Part shown: positions 9,032 through 17,540 of the stretch, piece after piece
How positions within the stretch are numbered: the first letter of the stretch is position 1
Layout of the letters: every line of letters starts with the position of its first letter
Source: an uncultured Acidobacteriota bacterium
Lineage (GTDB): Bacteria; Acidobacteriota; Thermoanaerobaculia; UBA5066; Gp7-AA6
Direction of reading: 5' to 3'
DNA length: 64,000 nt
NCBI GenBank assembly: GCA_963764715.1
Contig: CAVXTP010000022.1
Coordinates: 640,001 to 704,000 of the forward strand
The notes under the pieces: generated by a model
Told to the model about the DNA's origin: nothing
What the model saw: the letters and a program-made list of their open reading frames with translations, nothing else
The model's database searches: none
Translations under genes and position numbers: made by a program

Positions 9032-10285
9032 CTACGGGCTCGGCGCGGGTGTCGGCCTCCGTGCCGCCGCGCGGGCGGGCGTCGGGGTCGGCGGCGCCGC
9101 GCCCTGGAACTTGAGCGGAAGCGTGAAGCCCCCCGAATCGTCGGCGGGAGCGCTTCCCCCGAACGCGAGGGTGATCCCGCCGCCGCGCCGAAACGCGTAG
9201 AACCGGCCGGGACAGACCGTCGACTCGAGGTTCGGGAGCCGGGCCGGCCACTCGTCGTCCCGGGAGGCCGCGCGTTCGGCCCGGGCATCCAGGACGAGCG
9301 CGGTCAGCTCCGAATCGAGGAGCAGCCGGTAGGACCGCATTAGCATGTTGATGACCGAGCCGGAGGCGATCAGCTGCGCGGGGTCTTCCTCGCCGCTGAT
9401 CGCCACGTCCCATGAATGCTGCAGGTCGTCCCGCGTCCAGTCGCACGCGCCCTTTTCGATCAGGCCCTGCGCGAAGCGGCGGTAGATGCGGATCAGGGTC
9501 TCGACGTGTTTCGTCAATTCGGGATTGCTCGCGGCGGGCCATGGGTCGTTCTGGAACGCGGCGAGGAACCCCTGGTAGAACTCGCCGTCGCGCAGTCGCG
9601 TCTCCCAGCCGTAAGCAGGTACCCGGACCTTCCGGAGGAGCCCCACGGCCAGGCGCGCCTGCGGGATCGCCGTCAACTGGGACAGCAGCTCCGGCCTCGC
9701 CGCGAGGCTCCGCGCGATTCGCCAGATGGCCTCGATCGCCTCCAGCGCCGACGCCGAATCCCCGCGGCGCAGGTCGAGCAGCGCCCGGGCCGCAAGCACC
9801 TTCTGGAGGCTCGTCAGGCCGACCCAGTTCGGAACCGGCGACTCCGCCCCTCCGGCCACGTCGAGATCCCAGATGATCTCCCGCGGACCCGAGGCCGCCG
9901 CGACGATCGACGCCACGGCCGCGTCGTTCTCTTCCATGAAGCGGGCCGCCACCGCCGGCGGAGCCGATACCGCCTCGCCCGACTTTTCGAGCTCGCGCGT
10001 CACGTAGCTCGAAACGACCGCACGGGCCCGCTCCGACGGCGCCATCCTTTCGGCCTTGTCGCAGCTCTCCGCGCGGATGTCCTGCCTCGCGTCGATCCCG
10101 ATCGCCGATGCCAGCTCTTCGATTTCCAGAGCCGCCGCCGAGGCCGATTGCCTGGGGTACTGCGCTTCGAAGGCCCCGAGCGACATCGCCGCCTCCGGCG
10201 GCTTCCAGTCCTCGGCGACGACGCCGCCGGCGCTGACACAGAGCGACGTCAGACCGACGAGGACCCTCGATCGGCACCGCCTCAT
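9032..10285 (-). CDS. Hypothetical exported protein, paralog of the adjacent gene
   Basis: Likely start MRRCRSRVLVGLTSLCVSAGGVVA (signal-like); motifs shared with 7758-9011. Confidence 0.75.
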   Translation of the reverse strand: MRRCRSRVLVGLTSLCVSAGGVVAEDWKPPEAAMSLGAFEAQYPRQSASAAALEIEELASAIGIDARQDIRAESCDKAERMAPSERARAVVSSYVTRELEKSGEAVSAPPAVAARFMEENDAAVASIVAAASGPREIIWDLDVAGGAESPVPNWVGLTSLQKVLAARALLDLRRGDSASALEAIEAIWRIARSLAARPELLSQLTAIPQARLAVGLLRKVRVPAYGWETRLRDGEFYQGFLAAFQNDPWPAASNPELTKHVETLIRIYRRFAQGLIEKGACDWTRDDLQHSWDVAISGEEDPAQLIASGSVINMLMRSYRLLLDSELTALVLDARAERAASRDDEWPARLPNLESTVCPGRFYAFRRGGGITLAFGGSAPADDSGGFTLPLKFQGAAPPTPTPARAAARRPTPAPSP

Positions 10286-10347
10286 CGAAGCCTCTCTGCG
10301 CGCATTCCTACGCGCAGCGAAGTCGGTTCGTCGGCGCGATATTCCCG

Positions 10348-11748
10348 TCAGGCGCGTTTCCACCGCGTACCGCCCGGCCCGTCCTCGAGCACGATCCCCC
10401 GCGCCGCCAGGTCCTTGCGGATGCGGTCGGCCTCGGCGAAGTCGCGGCGGCCGCGCGCTTCGTTGCGGGCGGCGATCTGGGCCTCGATCTCGGCCGGGAG
10501 GGCTTCGTCCTTCGCGGGAAGCACGCCGAGCACCCTGTCCGCGCCCCGGATCGCGGCCGCGGCCGCCGCGGCGCCCCGGGCGTCGAGCGCGCCCTCGACC
10601 TGCGCGGCGTTGAGATCGCGCAGGAACGTGAAGAGGACGCCCAAAGCCTCTGCCGTGTTCAGGTCGTCGTCGAGGGCCGCCGCGAAGTCGGCCGAGAACT
10701 TCGACGCCCGGTCGGCGGCCGGGAACGCGCCGGCCTTATCCCCGCCGCCCCGGGCCGCGTCGTCGAGGCGCGCCACGGCCGACTTGATGCGCTCGACGGC
10801 CGAGGCCGCCCCGGTCAGCGCGTCCCAGGTGAAGTTCAGCTTCTTGCGGTACGGCACCGACAGCAGGAGATAGCGCACCGCCACGGGGTCGTTCCGGCGC
10901 GCCAGGACGTCGTCGAGCGTGAAGAAGTTGCCCTTCGACTTCGCCATCTTCTCGCCGTCGACGATGAGGTGCTCGGCATGAAGCCAGAGGTCGACGAAGG
11001 GCTCCCCCGTCGCGGCCTCGCTCTGCGCGATCTCGTTCTCGTGGTGCGGAAAGATGTTGTCGACGGCTCCGGTGTGGATGTCGAAGTGGTTGCCGAGGTA
11101 CTTCATGCTCATCGCGGAGCACTCGACGTGCCAGCCGGGCCGGCCGGGGCCCCAGGGCGAGGGCCAGGAAGGCTCGCCGGGCTTGGCAGCCTTCCAGAGG
11201 ACGAAGTCCTTGACGTCCTCCTTCTCGTACTCGTCGTCGGCCACGCGCTCGCCGCGCCTCGCCTTCTCGAGATCGATGCCCGAGAGCTTGCCGTAGCCGG
11301 GGAAGGTCGAGATCCGGAAATACACCGACCCTTCCGACTCGTAGGCATGGCCGCGCTCGAGGAGCTTCGCCGTGAGGTCCTGCATCTCGGGGATGTGCTC
11401 GGTCGCGCGCGGGTAGCGTTCGGCGCGCTCGAGCCCCAGCCGGTCGATGTCTCGGAAGAAGAGGTCGGAGTACTTCGCGGTGAAGTGGTTCAACGACAGC
11501 CCCGCCTCGTTCGCGCCGCGGATCGTCTTGTCGTCGACGTCGGTCAGATTCATGATCTGCGTGACCCGCAGGCCCTGCGAGCGCAGGTGGCGCCGCAGCA
11601 CGTCCTCCCACAGGAACGTCCGGAGGTTCCCGATGTGGACGACGTTGTAGACCGTGGGCCCGCACGTGTAGAGCCGCACGTGGCCGGGCTCGATCGGCGT
11701 GAGGACCGTCGGCTTGCGTCCGAGCGTGTTGAACGCGGTCAGGCTCAC
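10348..11748 (-). CDS. cysS: Cysteine--tRNA ligase
   Basis: YTCGPTVY, HIGN, NLTDVDDK, GRPGWHVECSAM, FPHHENE, KMAKSKGNF; GTG start overlapping def stop. Confidence 0.97.
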   Translation of the reverse strand: MSLTAFNTLGRKPTVLTPIEPGHVRLYTCGPTVYNVVHIGNLRTFLWEDVLRRHLRSQGLRVTQIMNLTDVDDKTIRGANEAGLSLNHFTAKYSDLFFRDIDRLGLERAERYPRATEHIPEMQDLTAKLLERGHAYESEGSVYFRISTFPGYGKLSGIDLEKARRGERVADDEYEKEDVKDFVLWKAAKPGEPSWPSPWGPGRPGWHVECSAMSMKYLGNHFDIHTGAVDNIFPHHENEIAQSEAATGEPFVDLWLHAEHLIVDGEKMAKSKGNFFTLDDVLARRNDPVAVRYLLLSVPYRKKLNFTWDALTGAASAVERIKSAVARLDDAARGGGDKAGAFPAADRASKFSADFAAALDDDLNTAEALGVLFTFLRDLNAAQVEGALDARGAAAAAAAIRGADRVLGVLPAKDEALPAEIEAQIAARNEARGRRDFAEADRIRKDLAARGIVLEDGPGGTRWKRA

Positions 11749-12254
11749 CAGAGACCCTTCCCTTTCTGCCGGTGGATCTTTCGCCAGGTGAGCTCCCGCT
11801 TCAAGCCCCGGAGGCGATCCACGAAGAGCGTGCCGTTCAGGTGGTCGGTCTCGTGGCAGAGAGCCCGGGCGAGGAGTCCCGTGCCTTCGATCTCCCGGAC
11901 CACGCCGCTCGCGTCGGCGGCCCGGACGCGGGCCCGCTCCGGTCGAACGACCTTTTCGGCGATGTCCGGCACCGAGAGGCACCCCTCCTCTTCCTTCTGC
12001 TCTCCGCTCGATTCGAGGAGGACCGGGTTGACGAGGACGATGACCGCCCCCGGGTCGGCGCCGACCGACAGGTCGATGATCGCGATCCGCTTGTTGATCC
12101 CGATCTGGGGAGCGGCGAGGCCGACGCCCGGCGCCGCGTGGCAGGTTTCCACCATGTCGGCGACGAGCCCCGCGATGTCCTCGGCGCGGGGGTCGACCTC
12201 GGCGTTGGCGGCGGTCAGCCGCTCGTCGCCGTAACGGACGATGTCCCGAATCAA
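11745..12254 (-). CDS. def: Peptide deformylase
   Basis: GVGLAAPQIG, EGCLS, HETDHLNG; probable TTG start (MIRDIVRYGD). Confidence 0.95.
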   Translation of the reverse strand: MIRDIVRYGDERLTAANAEVDPRAEDIAGLVADMVETCHAAPGVGLAAPQIGINKRIAIIDLSVGADPGAVIVLVNPVLLESSGEQKEEEGCLSVPDIAEKVVRPERARVRAADASGVVREIEGTGLLARALCHETDHLNGTLFVDRLRGLKRELTWRKIHRQKGKGLW

Positions 12255-12316
12255 GCGGACGAACCCCTCGTCCGGGGTGCCCGAAGGCCCCGGGACATGT
12301 CCTCCGGACCCCGCCG

Positions 12317-12435
12317 CCTGTCTCCGCGGCATGACAGGACCGGATCGCCCCCTCGCGGCGCTTCTGGCATAAGTGCTGAGTTTAAAGCACATTCTTCGCG
12401 TTCCGGCAAGCGGCGTCCGTGGCACGTGGCTCGCT
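12317..12435 (+). promoter_or_regulatory. Candidate sigma54 promoter with upstream palindrome and IHF-like site
   Basis: TGGCACGTGGCTCGCT (12420-12435, GG-N10-GC); AT-rich TAAGTGCTGAGTTTAAA (12370-12386); CCTGTC-N10-GACAGG (12317-12338). Confidence 0.6.
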
Positions 12436-12453
12436 ACCTCCCCGTGCGGGAGC

Positions 12454-14691
12454 ATGACGAAAACGATGAACGCAAAGCGGTTCGCACTTCTGGCAGCGTT
12501 CGCGGCTTTCCTGGCGGCCGGGTCGGCCGCGGCCCAGAACGCTCGGAGCGCCTACACGTACGTCCGTGAAACCAACGGCGAGGTGGTCGTGATCTCGCCG
12601 ACGAACGGCGAGGTCCAGGCCCGCCGCAACCTTCCGATCACCGCCGGCGACGAGATGAAGACCGAGGACCCGGCCCGCGCCGAGGTGGCGCTCGCCGACG
12701 GGAACCTCCTGCACGTCGGCGGCGGCACGAAGGTTCGCTTCGCGTCCCTCAATTCGCAGCAGGGCTCCGAGGACGACGTGTCCGCGATCGACCTCTCCGA
12801 GGGCTCGGTGATTCTGTCGGCCCTGGGCTCCGACGAGCGGGCCCTTCCGCGGATCGACACCGCGGACGCGTCGGTCTACGCCGGCTCGGGCGCGCGCGTG
12901 CGCGTCAATTCGGACGTGCGGCGCGGAACCTCGGTCGTCGTGCGCGCCGGCTCGGTCGAGGTGAAGACGCCCGCGGGCTCGTACACGGTCCGCGCGGGCA
13001 ATTACCTGCTCGTGCAGGGCGACCAGGAGCCGGAGGTCGCGCGCGGCAGCTTTTCGCGCGATCGGTTCGACCTGTGGGCGGCGGACCGTCTCGAAACGAC
13101 CGTCGACGCTCCGCAGAGCGCGTCGAGCACGTACGTGGACGAGGAGTACGCCGGCGACGTCCAGTCGCTCGACGGCTACGGCGACTGGGACTACAACTCG
13201 ACCTACTCGAGCTACGTCTGGCGGCCGCACGTCGAGATCGGCTGGCAGCCTTACTCCTACGGATCCTGGTACTCGACGCCGATCGGCTTGAGCTGGTGGT
13301 CGTGGGATCCGTGGGGCTGGTACCCGTACCACTACGGCAACTGGTTCTTCGACGTCGGCTGGAACAGCTGGTGCTGGTCCCCCGGCTACGTCTATTCCCC
13401 GGCCTGGGTGTACTGGGGTTACACCGACGGATACTTCGGCTGGTGCCCGACGGGCTGGTACGGCGGCTACTCGCCCTGGTGGGACAACTATTACAAGAAC
13501 ATCGGCTGGGGCCGGAGCTCGCTCGCGTTCGCGATCAACGGCCGTTTCTCCACCCGCCAGGTCGACGTGCGCGGCTGGAACTTCACCCCCGTTCACAACC
13601 TCGGCACCCGCGGCCGCCTCGAGGTGGTCCCGGGATCGCGCGTCGTCGACCGTCTCGGAAGCAAGATCGCGATTTCGTCGCGCCCGATCGTCCTGCCGGC
13701 CCGCGGCGGCAACACGCGGGACGCCCTTCGTGACCACGTCCGCGAAGCCCCGGGCGTCATCGAGCGCACCACGTCGCCCCGCGACACGGAACGCCTGGCG
13801 CCGGTCGTCGGACGGCAGCGGACGCTCCCGCCCGACACGGTCGAGGCGCTCATCCAGCGCGCGGTCGTGGCCGACCGGGGCCGCATCGGCGGCCCGGGAG
13901 CGAACGAGATGGCGCCGCGCGGAGGCACCGCGGTCATCGAACGCGGCCGAACGACGCTCTCCCCGGAGGCCCGGCGAGGCGACGCGGCCTCGCCGCGGAC
14001 GATCACCGGACGGCCGGCGGAGCGTCCCCGGACGAACCTGGAGACCTGGGACCGGTCGCGCGGGACGACGCAGCGCAACGAAACCGGAACGCGGCCGGAC
14101 TCGGGCCGCAACGTGACTCGGCCCGACAGCCAGGACTCGTGGCGCGGCCGGACGAGCGGCGGTACGCCCACGCGGTCCAACGACGGTCCGCGAACGCTGA
14201 CCGGTCGGCCGGCGGACGAGGGATGGCGCGGCCGTACCGCTCCCCTGGGCTCGACGGGGCAGCGGCCGGACTCGGTCGAACCCGGGAACCAGCCGAGCTG
14301 GAGATCGCGTCCGGACGTTCCGCCGGCGCGGCGCGTCATCGAAGGCTCCGTGCCCGGACGCCGGTCGCCGGATTATCCGGACAACGGGTCGCGGTCGCGC
14401 GGACGCGACGGAACGGCCGCGCCACGCGACATGGGTCCGCGCGATGGCTACGTCCCGCGCGACTCGGGGCCGCGCAGCTACGCGCCGCCCGACCGCGGTT
14501 ACTCCCGCCAGGCGCCCGCCCCGCGCGGCGACTCGCCCCGCTCGATCGAACGCTCCGCGCCCGCGCCCCGCTCGGCGCCCGCGCCGCAGGCCGCGCCCCC
14601 GCGCTCGGCCCCGGCCCCTTCGGCGCCGCCGCCCTCGTCCCGCAGCGCTCCGGCTCCGCCGAGCTCCGGCGGGCACCGGGGCCGCCCATAG
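12454..14691 (+). CDS. Exported FecR-like domain + Trp/Tyr/Gly-rich (DUF6600-like) protein with disordered Arg/Pro tail
   Basis: Signal peptide; NLPITAGD..KT....RAEV beta domain; YGDW...YVWRP...WQPYSYGSW...PWGWYPYHYGNW; low-complexity C-terminus. Confidence 0.8.
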   Translation: MTKTMNAKRFALLAAFAAFLAAGSAAAQNARSAYTYVRETNGEVVVISPTNGEVQARRNLPITAGDEMKTEDPARAEVALADGNLLHVGGGTKVRFASLNSQQGSEDDVSAIDLSEGSVILSALGSDERALPRIDTADASVYAGSGARVRVNSDVRRGTSVVVRAGSVEVKTPAGSYTVRAGNYLLVQGDQEPEVARGSFSRDRFDLWAADRLETTVDAPQSASSTYVDEEYAGDVQSLDGYGDWDYNSTYSSYVWRPHVEIGWQPYSYGSWYSTPIGLSWWSWDPWGWYPYHYGNWFFDVGWNSWCWSPGYVYSPAWVYWGYTDGYFGWCPTGWYGGYSPWWDNYYKNIGWGRSSLAFAINGRFSTRQVDVRGWNFTPVHNLGTRGRLEVVPGSRVVDRLGSKIAISSRPIVLPARGGNTRDALRDHVREAPGVIERTTSPRDTERLAPVVGRQRTLPPDTVEALIQRAVVADRGRIGGPGANEMAPRGGTAVIERGRTTLSPEARRGDAASPRTITGRPAERPRTNLETWDRSRGTTQRNETGTRPDSGRNVTRPDSQDSWRGRTSGGTPTRSNDGPRTLTGRPADEGWRGRTAPLGSTGQRPDSVEPGNQPSWRSRPDVPPARRVIEGSVPGRRSPDYPDNGSRSRGRDGTAAPRDMGPRDGYVPRDSGPRSYAPPDRGYSRQAPAPRGDSPRSIERSAPAPRSAPAPQAAPPRSAPAPSAPPPSSRSAPAPPSSGGHRGRP

Positions 14692-14722
14692 ACAGTTCGC
14701 CCTGAGATCTCCCCTTCTCTCC

Positions 14723-14750
14723 GCCGCGCCTTCGGGCGCGGCTCTTTTTT
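14723..14750 (+). terminator. Rho-independent terminator
   Basis: GCCGCGCC-TTCG-GGCGCGGC then TCTTTTTT. Confidence 0.85.
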
Positions 14751-14815
14751 GCCCGGTCGGACGCCGGCAGGAAAGGCGCGGGGTGCGGACCCGACCGCAA
14801 TTAGAATCCCGGCAG

Positions 14816-15058
14816 GTGCGCCGCGCTCTCGCGTTCCTGGGAAGTGCGTTCTTCGTCTTCTACTGCACGGCAGTGGGGGTCTACCTCGTCCTGCGCCCGT
14901 GGACGGGACGGGCCGCCCATCCCGGCATCTTCGGCTCGGGCTTCTTCCGCGGCTTCGTCTCGGGGCTCGGCCTCCTCCACCTGGCGGCCGGCGCGGCGGA
15001 CCTGAAGGCCCTGTCGCGCACGCTGCAGGGCGACCCGCCGCCGGGGGCGTCCGAATGA
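14816..15058 (+). CDS. Small two-TM membrane protein
   Basis: GTG 14816, MRRALAFLGSAFFVFYCTAVGVYLVLRPW...FFRGFVSGLGLLHL; stop overlaps next ATG; TAGAAT 8 nt upstream. Confidence 0.65.
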   Translation: MRRALAFLGSAFFVFYCTAVGVYLVLRPWTGRAAHPGIFGSGFFRGFVSGLGLLHLAAGAADLKALSRTLQGDPPPGASE

Positions 15059-15663
15059 AGGTCCTCTACGTGACCGACCGCGCCGCCGTCGGGGACCGCC
15101 GCTTCTTCGAGATCCTCGAGTCGCTCGCCGGCGCCCCGGTCTCCGTCGAGCTCCGGGAAAAGGGGACGGACGACCGGCAGACCCTGCAGCTCGCCCGCGA
15201 AGCGAAGGTTCGCCTCGGCCCCGGGGTCCGCCTCACCGTGAACCGGCGTTTCGACGTCGCGCTCGCCGCCGGCGCCGACGGAGTCCATCTTCCGGCCGAC
15301 GGGCTGCCGCTTTCGCGGGTCCGAGCGAACACCCCGCGCGGCTTCCGCGTCGGGGCCTCGACGCACTCCCCCGAAGAGGCCCGGGCCGCGATCGACGCGG
15401 GCGCCGACGCCGTCGTCATCGGCCCCGTGTTCGACACGCCGTCCAAGCGCGCCTTGGGGCCGCCGCTCGGTCCCGAAGCCCTCGGCCGCCTCCCCGACGC
15501 GCGGGAGCACGCGTGCGAGGTGTACGCCATCGGCGGCGTCGACGAGGGCAACCTCGCGGCGCTCGACCCCTGGCGCGACCGGATCTCCGGCATCGCGGCA
15601 ATCCGTCTCATCCAGGAGTCGGCCGACCCCCGGGCCGTGGTCGAGAGGCTTTCCGCCCGATGA
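15055..15663 (+). CDS. thiE: Thiamine phosphate synthase / TenI family protein
   Basis: LYVTDR, ELREK, GADGVHL, GASTHS, IGPVFDTPSK, YAIGGV. Confidence 0.8.
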   Translation: MKVLYVTDRAAVGDRRFFEILESLAGAPVSVELREKGTDDRQTLQLAREAKVRLGPGVRLTVNRRFDVALAAGADGVHLPADGLPLSRVRANTPRGFRVGASTHSPEEARAAIDAGADAVVIGPVFDTPSKRALGPPLGPEALGRLPDAREHACEVYAIGGVDEGNLAALDPWRDRISGIAAIRLIQESADPRAVVERLSAR

Positions 15664-17093
15664 GCGTGCGCCTGCGAACCCTCGTGTCCTCGCTCGCCCG
15701 GGGCGTGCTGCCGGCGGCCGTGATCTTCGCGCTGGTTTCCGGAGCGGTCCTGCTCCTGTCGAGCTTCCACGTTCCCCTGACCGACGCGCGCGCCCACGAT
15801 TACGGCGCCTTCGCGATCGGGCTCGCCGGCGCGCTGCTCTTGACCCGCATCGCCGACTTCCTGTTCTTCGACGTCGCCTACGAGCTCCGCCGCGGCATAG
15901 CCGCGCCCGCGCTCGTCCGGCAGATCGTCAGCCTCCTGATCTTCGGCGTCGCCCTCGGCGCGCTCTTTCAGATCGTCCTTGCCGCGAGCCTCCCGGCCCT
16001 CCTCGCCACCTCCGCGATCATCACGGCCGTCGTCGGCCTCGCGCTCCAGGAGACCCTCGGCAACCTCTTTTCGGGCATCGCCCTCGCCTTCGAGCGGACC
16101 GTCCAGGTCGGCGACATGGTGCGGGCGGGCGAGGAGCTCGGACTGGTCGAGCAGCTCTCCTGGCGCGCCATCAAGGTCCGCACCATGCAGGGGCACGTCG
16201 TCCTGATCCCGAACATCCTGGCGAGCCGCGAACGCCTGGAGGTCTTCCGGCGCGGCGGACCGCCCATGGCGCGCATCCTCCGGGTCAACCTCGACTACGA
16301 GCTTTCGCCGGCGCGCGCGCGCGCCGCCCTCGAAGCGGCGCTCCGAAACCTGGCCGGCGTCGCGCCCCACCCGGCGCCGCGGGCGTTCCTCCACTCGTTC
16401 GCGGACTGGTCCGTGATCTACGAGCTGCGCTACTGGCTCGAAGACTACGCGCGGTACCTCGAGGTCGACTCGGCGGTCCGTGAGCGCGTCTGGTACGAGC
16501 TCGAGCGGGAAGGCTTCCCCTTCGCCTATCCGCTCATCCGCCAGCACCAGTACTCGGGCGGGCCGCTTCCCCGCCTCGACCGGTCTTCGACGGTCGCCGC
16601 GGCGATCGACGGGAGCGAGATCTTCGCGCCCCTGTCCGCGGCCGAGCGCGCCCAGCTCGCGGCCGGGGCGCGCGCGTTGCCGTTCACGGCCGGGGAGACG
16701 ATCGTGCGCGAGGGCGAGGCCACGTCGTCGATGTTCCTCATCGCGTCCGGGCGGGCGGCCGTCTCCGTCGCGTCCGGGACGCAGGCGAGCCAGAAGCTCG
16801 CCCTGCTCGAACCGGGCTCGGCGTTCGGGGAGATCAGTCTTCTGACCGGCGAACCGAGGACGGCGAGCGTGCGCGCGATCGAGGAGTCGCTCCTCGTCGA
16901 GATCGACAAGGCGACCCTCGCTCCGATTCTTCGGGCCAACCCCTCCCTCGTCGAGAAGCTCGATGCCATCATTCTCGAACGGCGCCGGCAGACGGCCGGC
17001 CGGCTCGGCAGCGCCCGGGGCGGCGCCGAGGAGGAGCCCGAGCCGCTGCGGGTCCGCATCGCTCGGTTCTTCGGGTTGAAGGGCCTCGCCTGA
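15660..17093 (+). CDS. MscS-family mechanosensitive channel with C-terminal cNMP-binding domain
   Basis: VGLALQETLGNLFSGI, VQVGD.V, IPN; C-terminal GETIVREGE, FGEISLLTGEPRTASV. Confidence 0.9.
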   Translation: MSVRLRTLVSSLARGVLPAAVIFALVSGAVLLLSSFHVPLTDARAHDYGAFAIGLAGALLLTRIADFLFFDVAYELRRGIAAPALVRQIVSLLIFGVALGALFQIVLAASLPALLATSAIITAVVGLALQETLGNLFSGIALAFERTVQVGDMVRAGEELGLVEQLSWRAIKVRTMQGHVVLIPNILASRERLEVFRRGGPPMARILRVNLDYELSPARARAALEAALRNLAGVAPHPAPRAFLHSFADWSVIYELRYWLEDYARYLEVDSAVRERVWYELEREGFPFAYPLIRQHQYSGGPLPRLDRSSTVAAAIDGSEIFAPLSAAERAQLAAGARALPFTAGETIVREGEATSSMFLIASGRAAVSVASGTQASQKLALLEPGSAFGEISLLTGEPRTASVRAIEESLLVEIDKATLAPILRANPSLVEKLDAIILERRRQTAGRLGSARGGAEEEPEPLRVRIARFFGLKGLA

Positions 17094-17497
17094 TGCCGGC
17101 CGCCGTGGGCATTCTTCTCGGCCTCGACCTGACGGAGATCGATCGGGTCGCCGGCGTTCTCGAGCGGCACGGGGAACGGTTCCTCGCGCGGGTGTTTCGC
17201 GAGGGAGAGATCCGGCGCCAGCGCCGGCACCCTCGGGCCTTCGCCGAGCACGTGGCCGGCCGCTTTGCCGCGAAGGAAGCCGCGATGAAGGCCCTGGGGC
17301 TCGGCTGGCGCGGCCTGGCGTTCCGCGACATCGAGGTCGGGCGCGACCTGCGCGGCAAGCCCCTTCTCTCCTTCCACGGGAAGGCCCTCGTCCGCGCGCG
17401 CTCGCTCAAGGTGCTCTCGGCGGAGGTGACGATCACGCACGGCAAGGACATCGCCGCCGCCGTGGTCGCGCTCCTGACCTCGACCGGCCGGCGGTAG
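17093..17497 (+). CDS. acpS: Holo-ACP synthase
   Basis: GLDLTEIDRV, AGRFAAKEAAMKALG, GKP, ITH. Confidence 0.93.
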   Translation: MPAAVGILLGLDLTEIDRVAGVLERHGERFLARVFREGEIRRQRRHPRAFAEHVAGRFAAKEAAMKALGLGWRGLAFRDIEVGRDLRGKPLLSFHGKALVRARSLKVLSAEVTITHGKDIAAAVVALLTSTGRR

Positions 17498-17540
17498 AGG
17501 GCCGGGGGCGCCCCCGCCCGTACGCTAAACTTCGCCCCCG

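Noticed and set aside
14500-14690. Short GC-rich tandem-like repeats (CGCTCGGCGCCC...)
   Set aside because: Encode the RSAPAP low-complexity tail; not an independent element.
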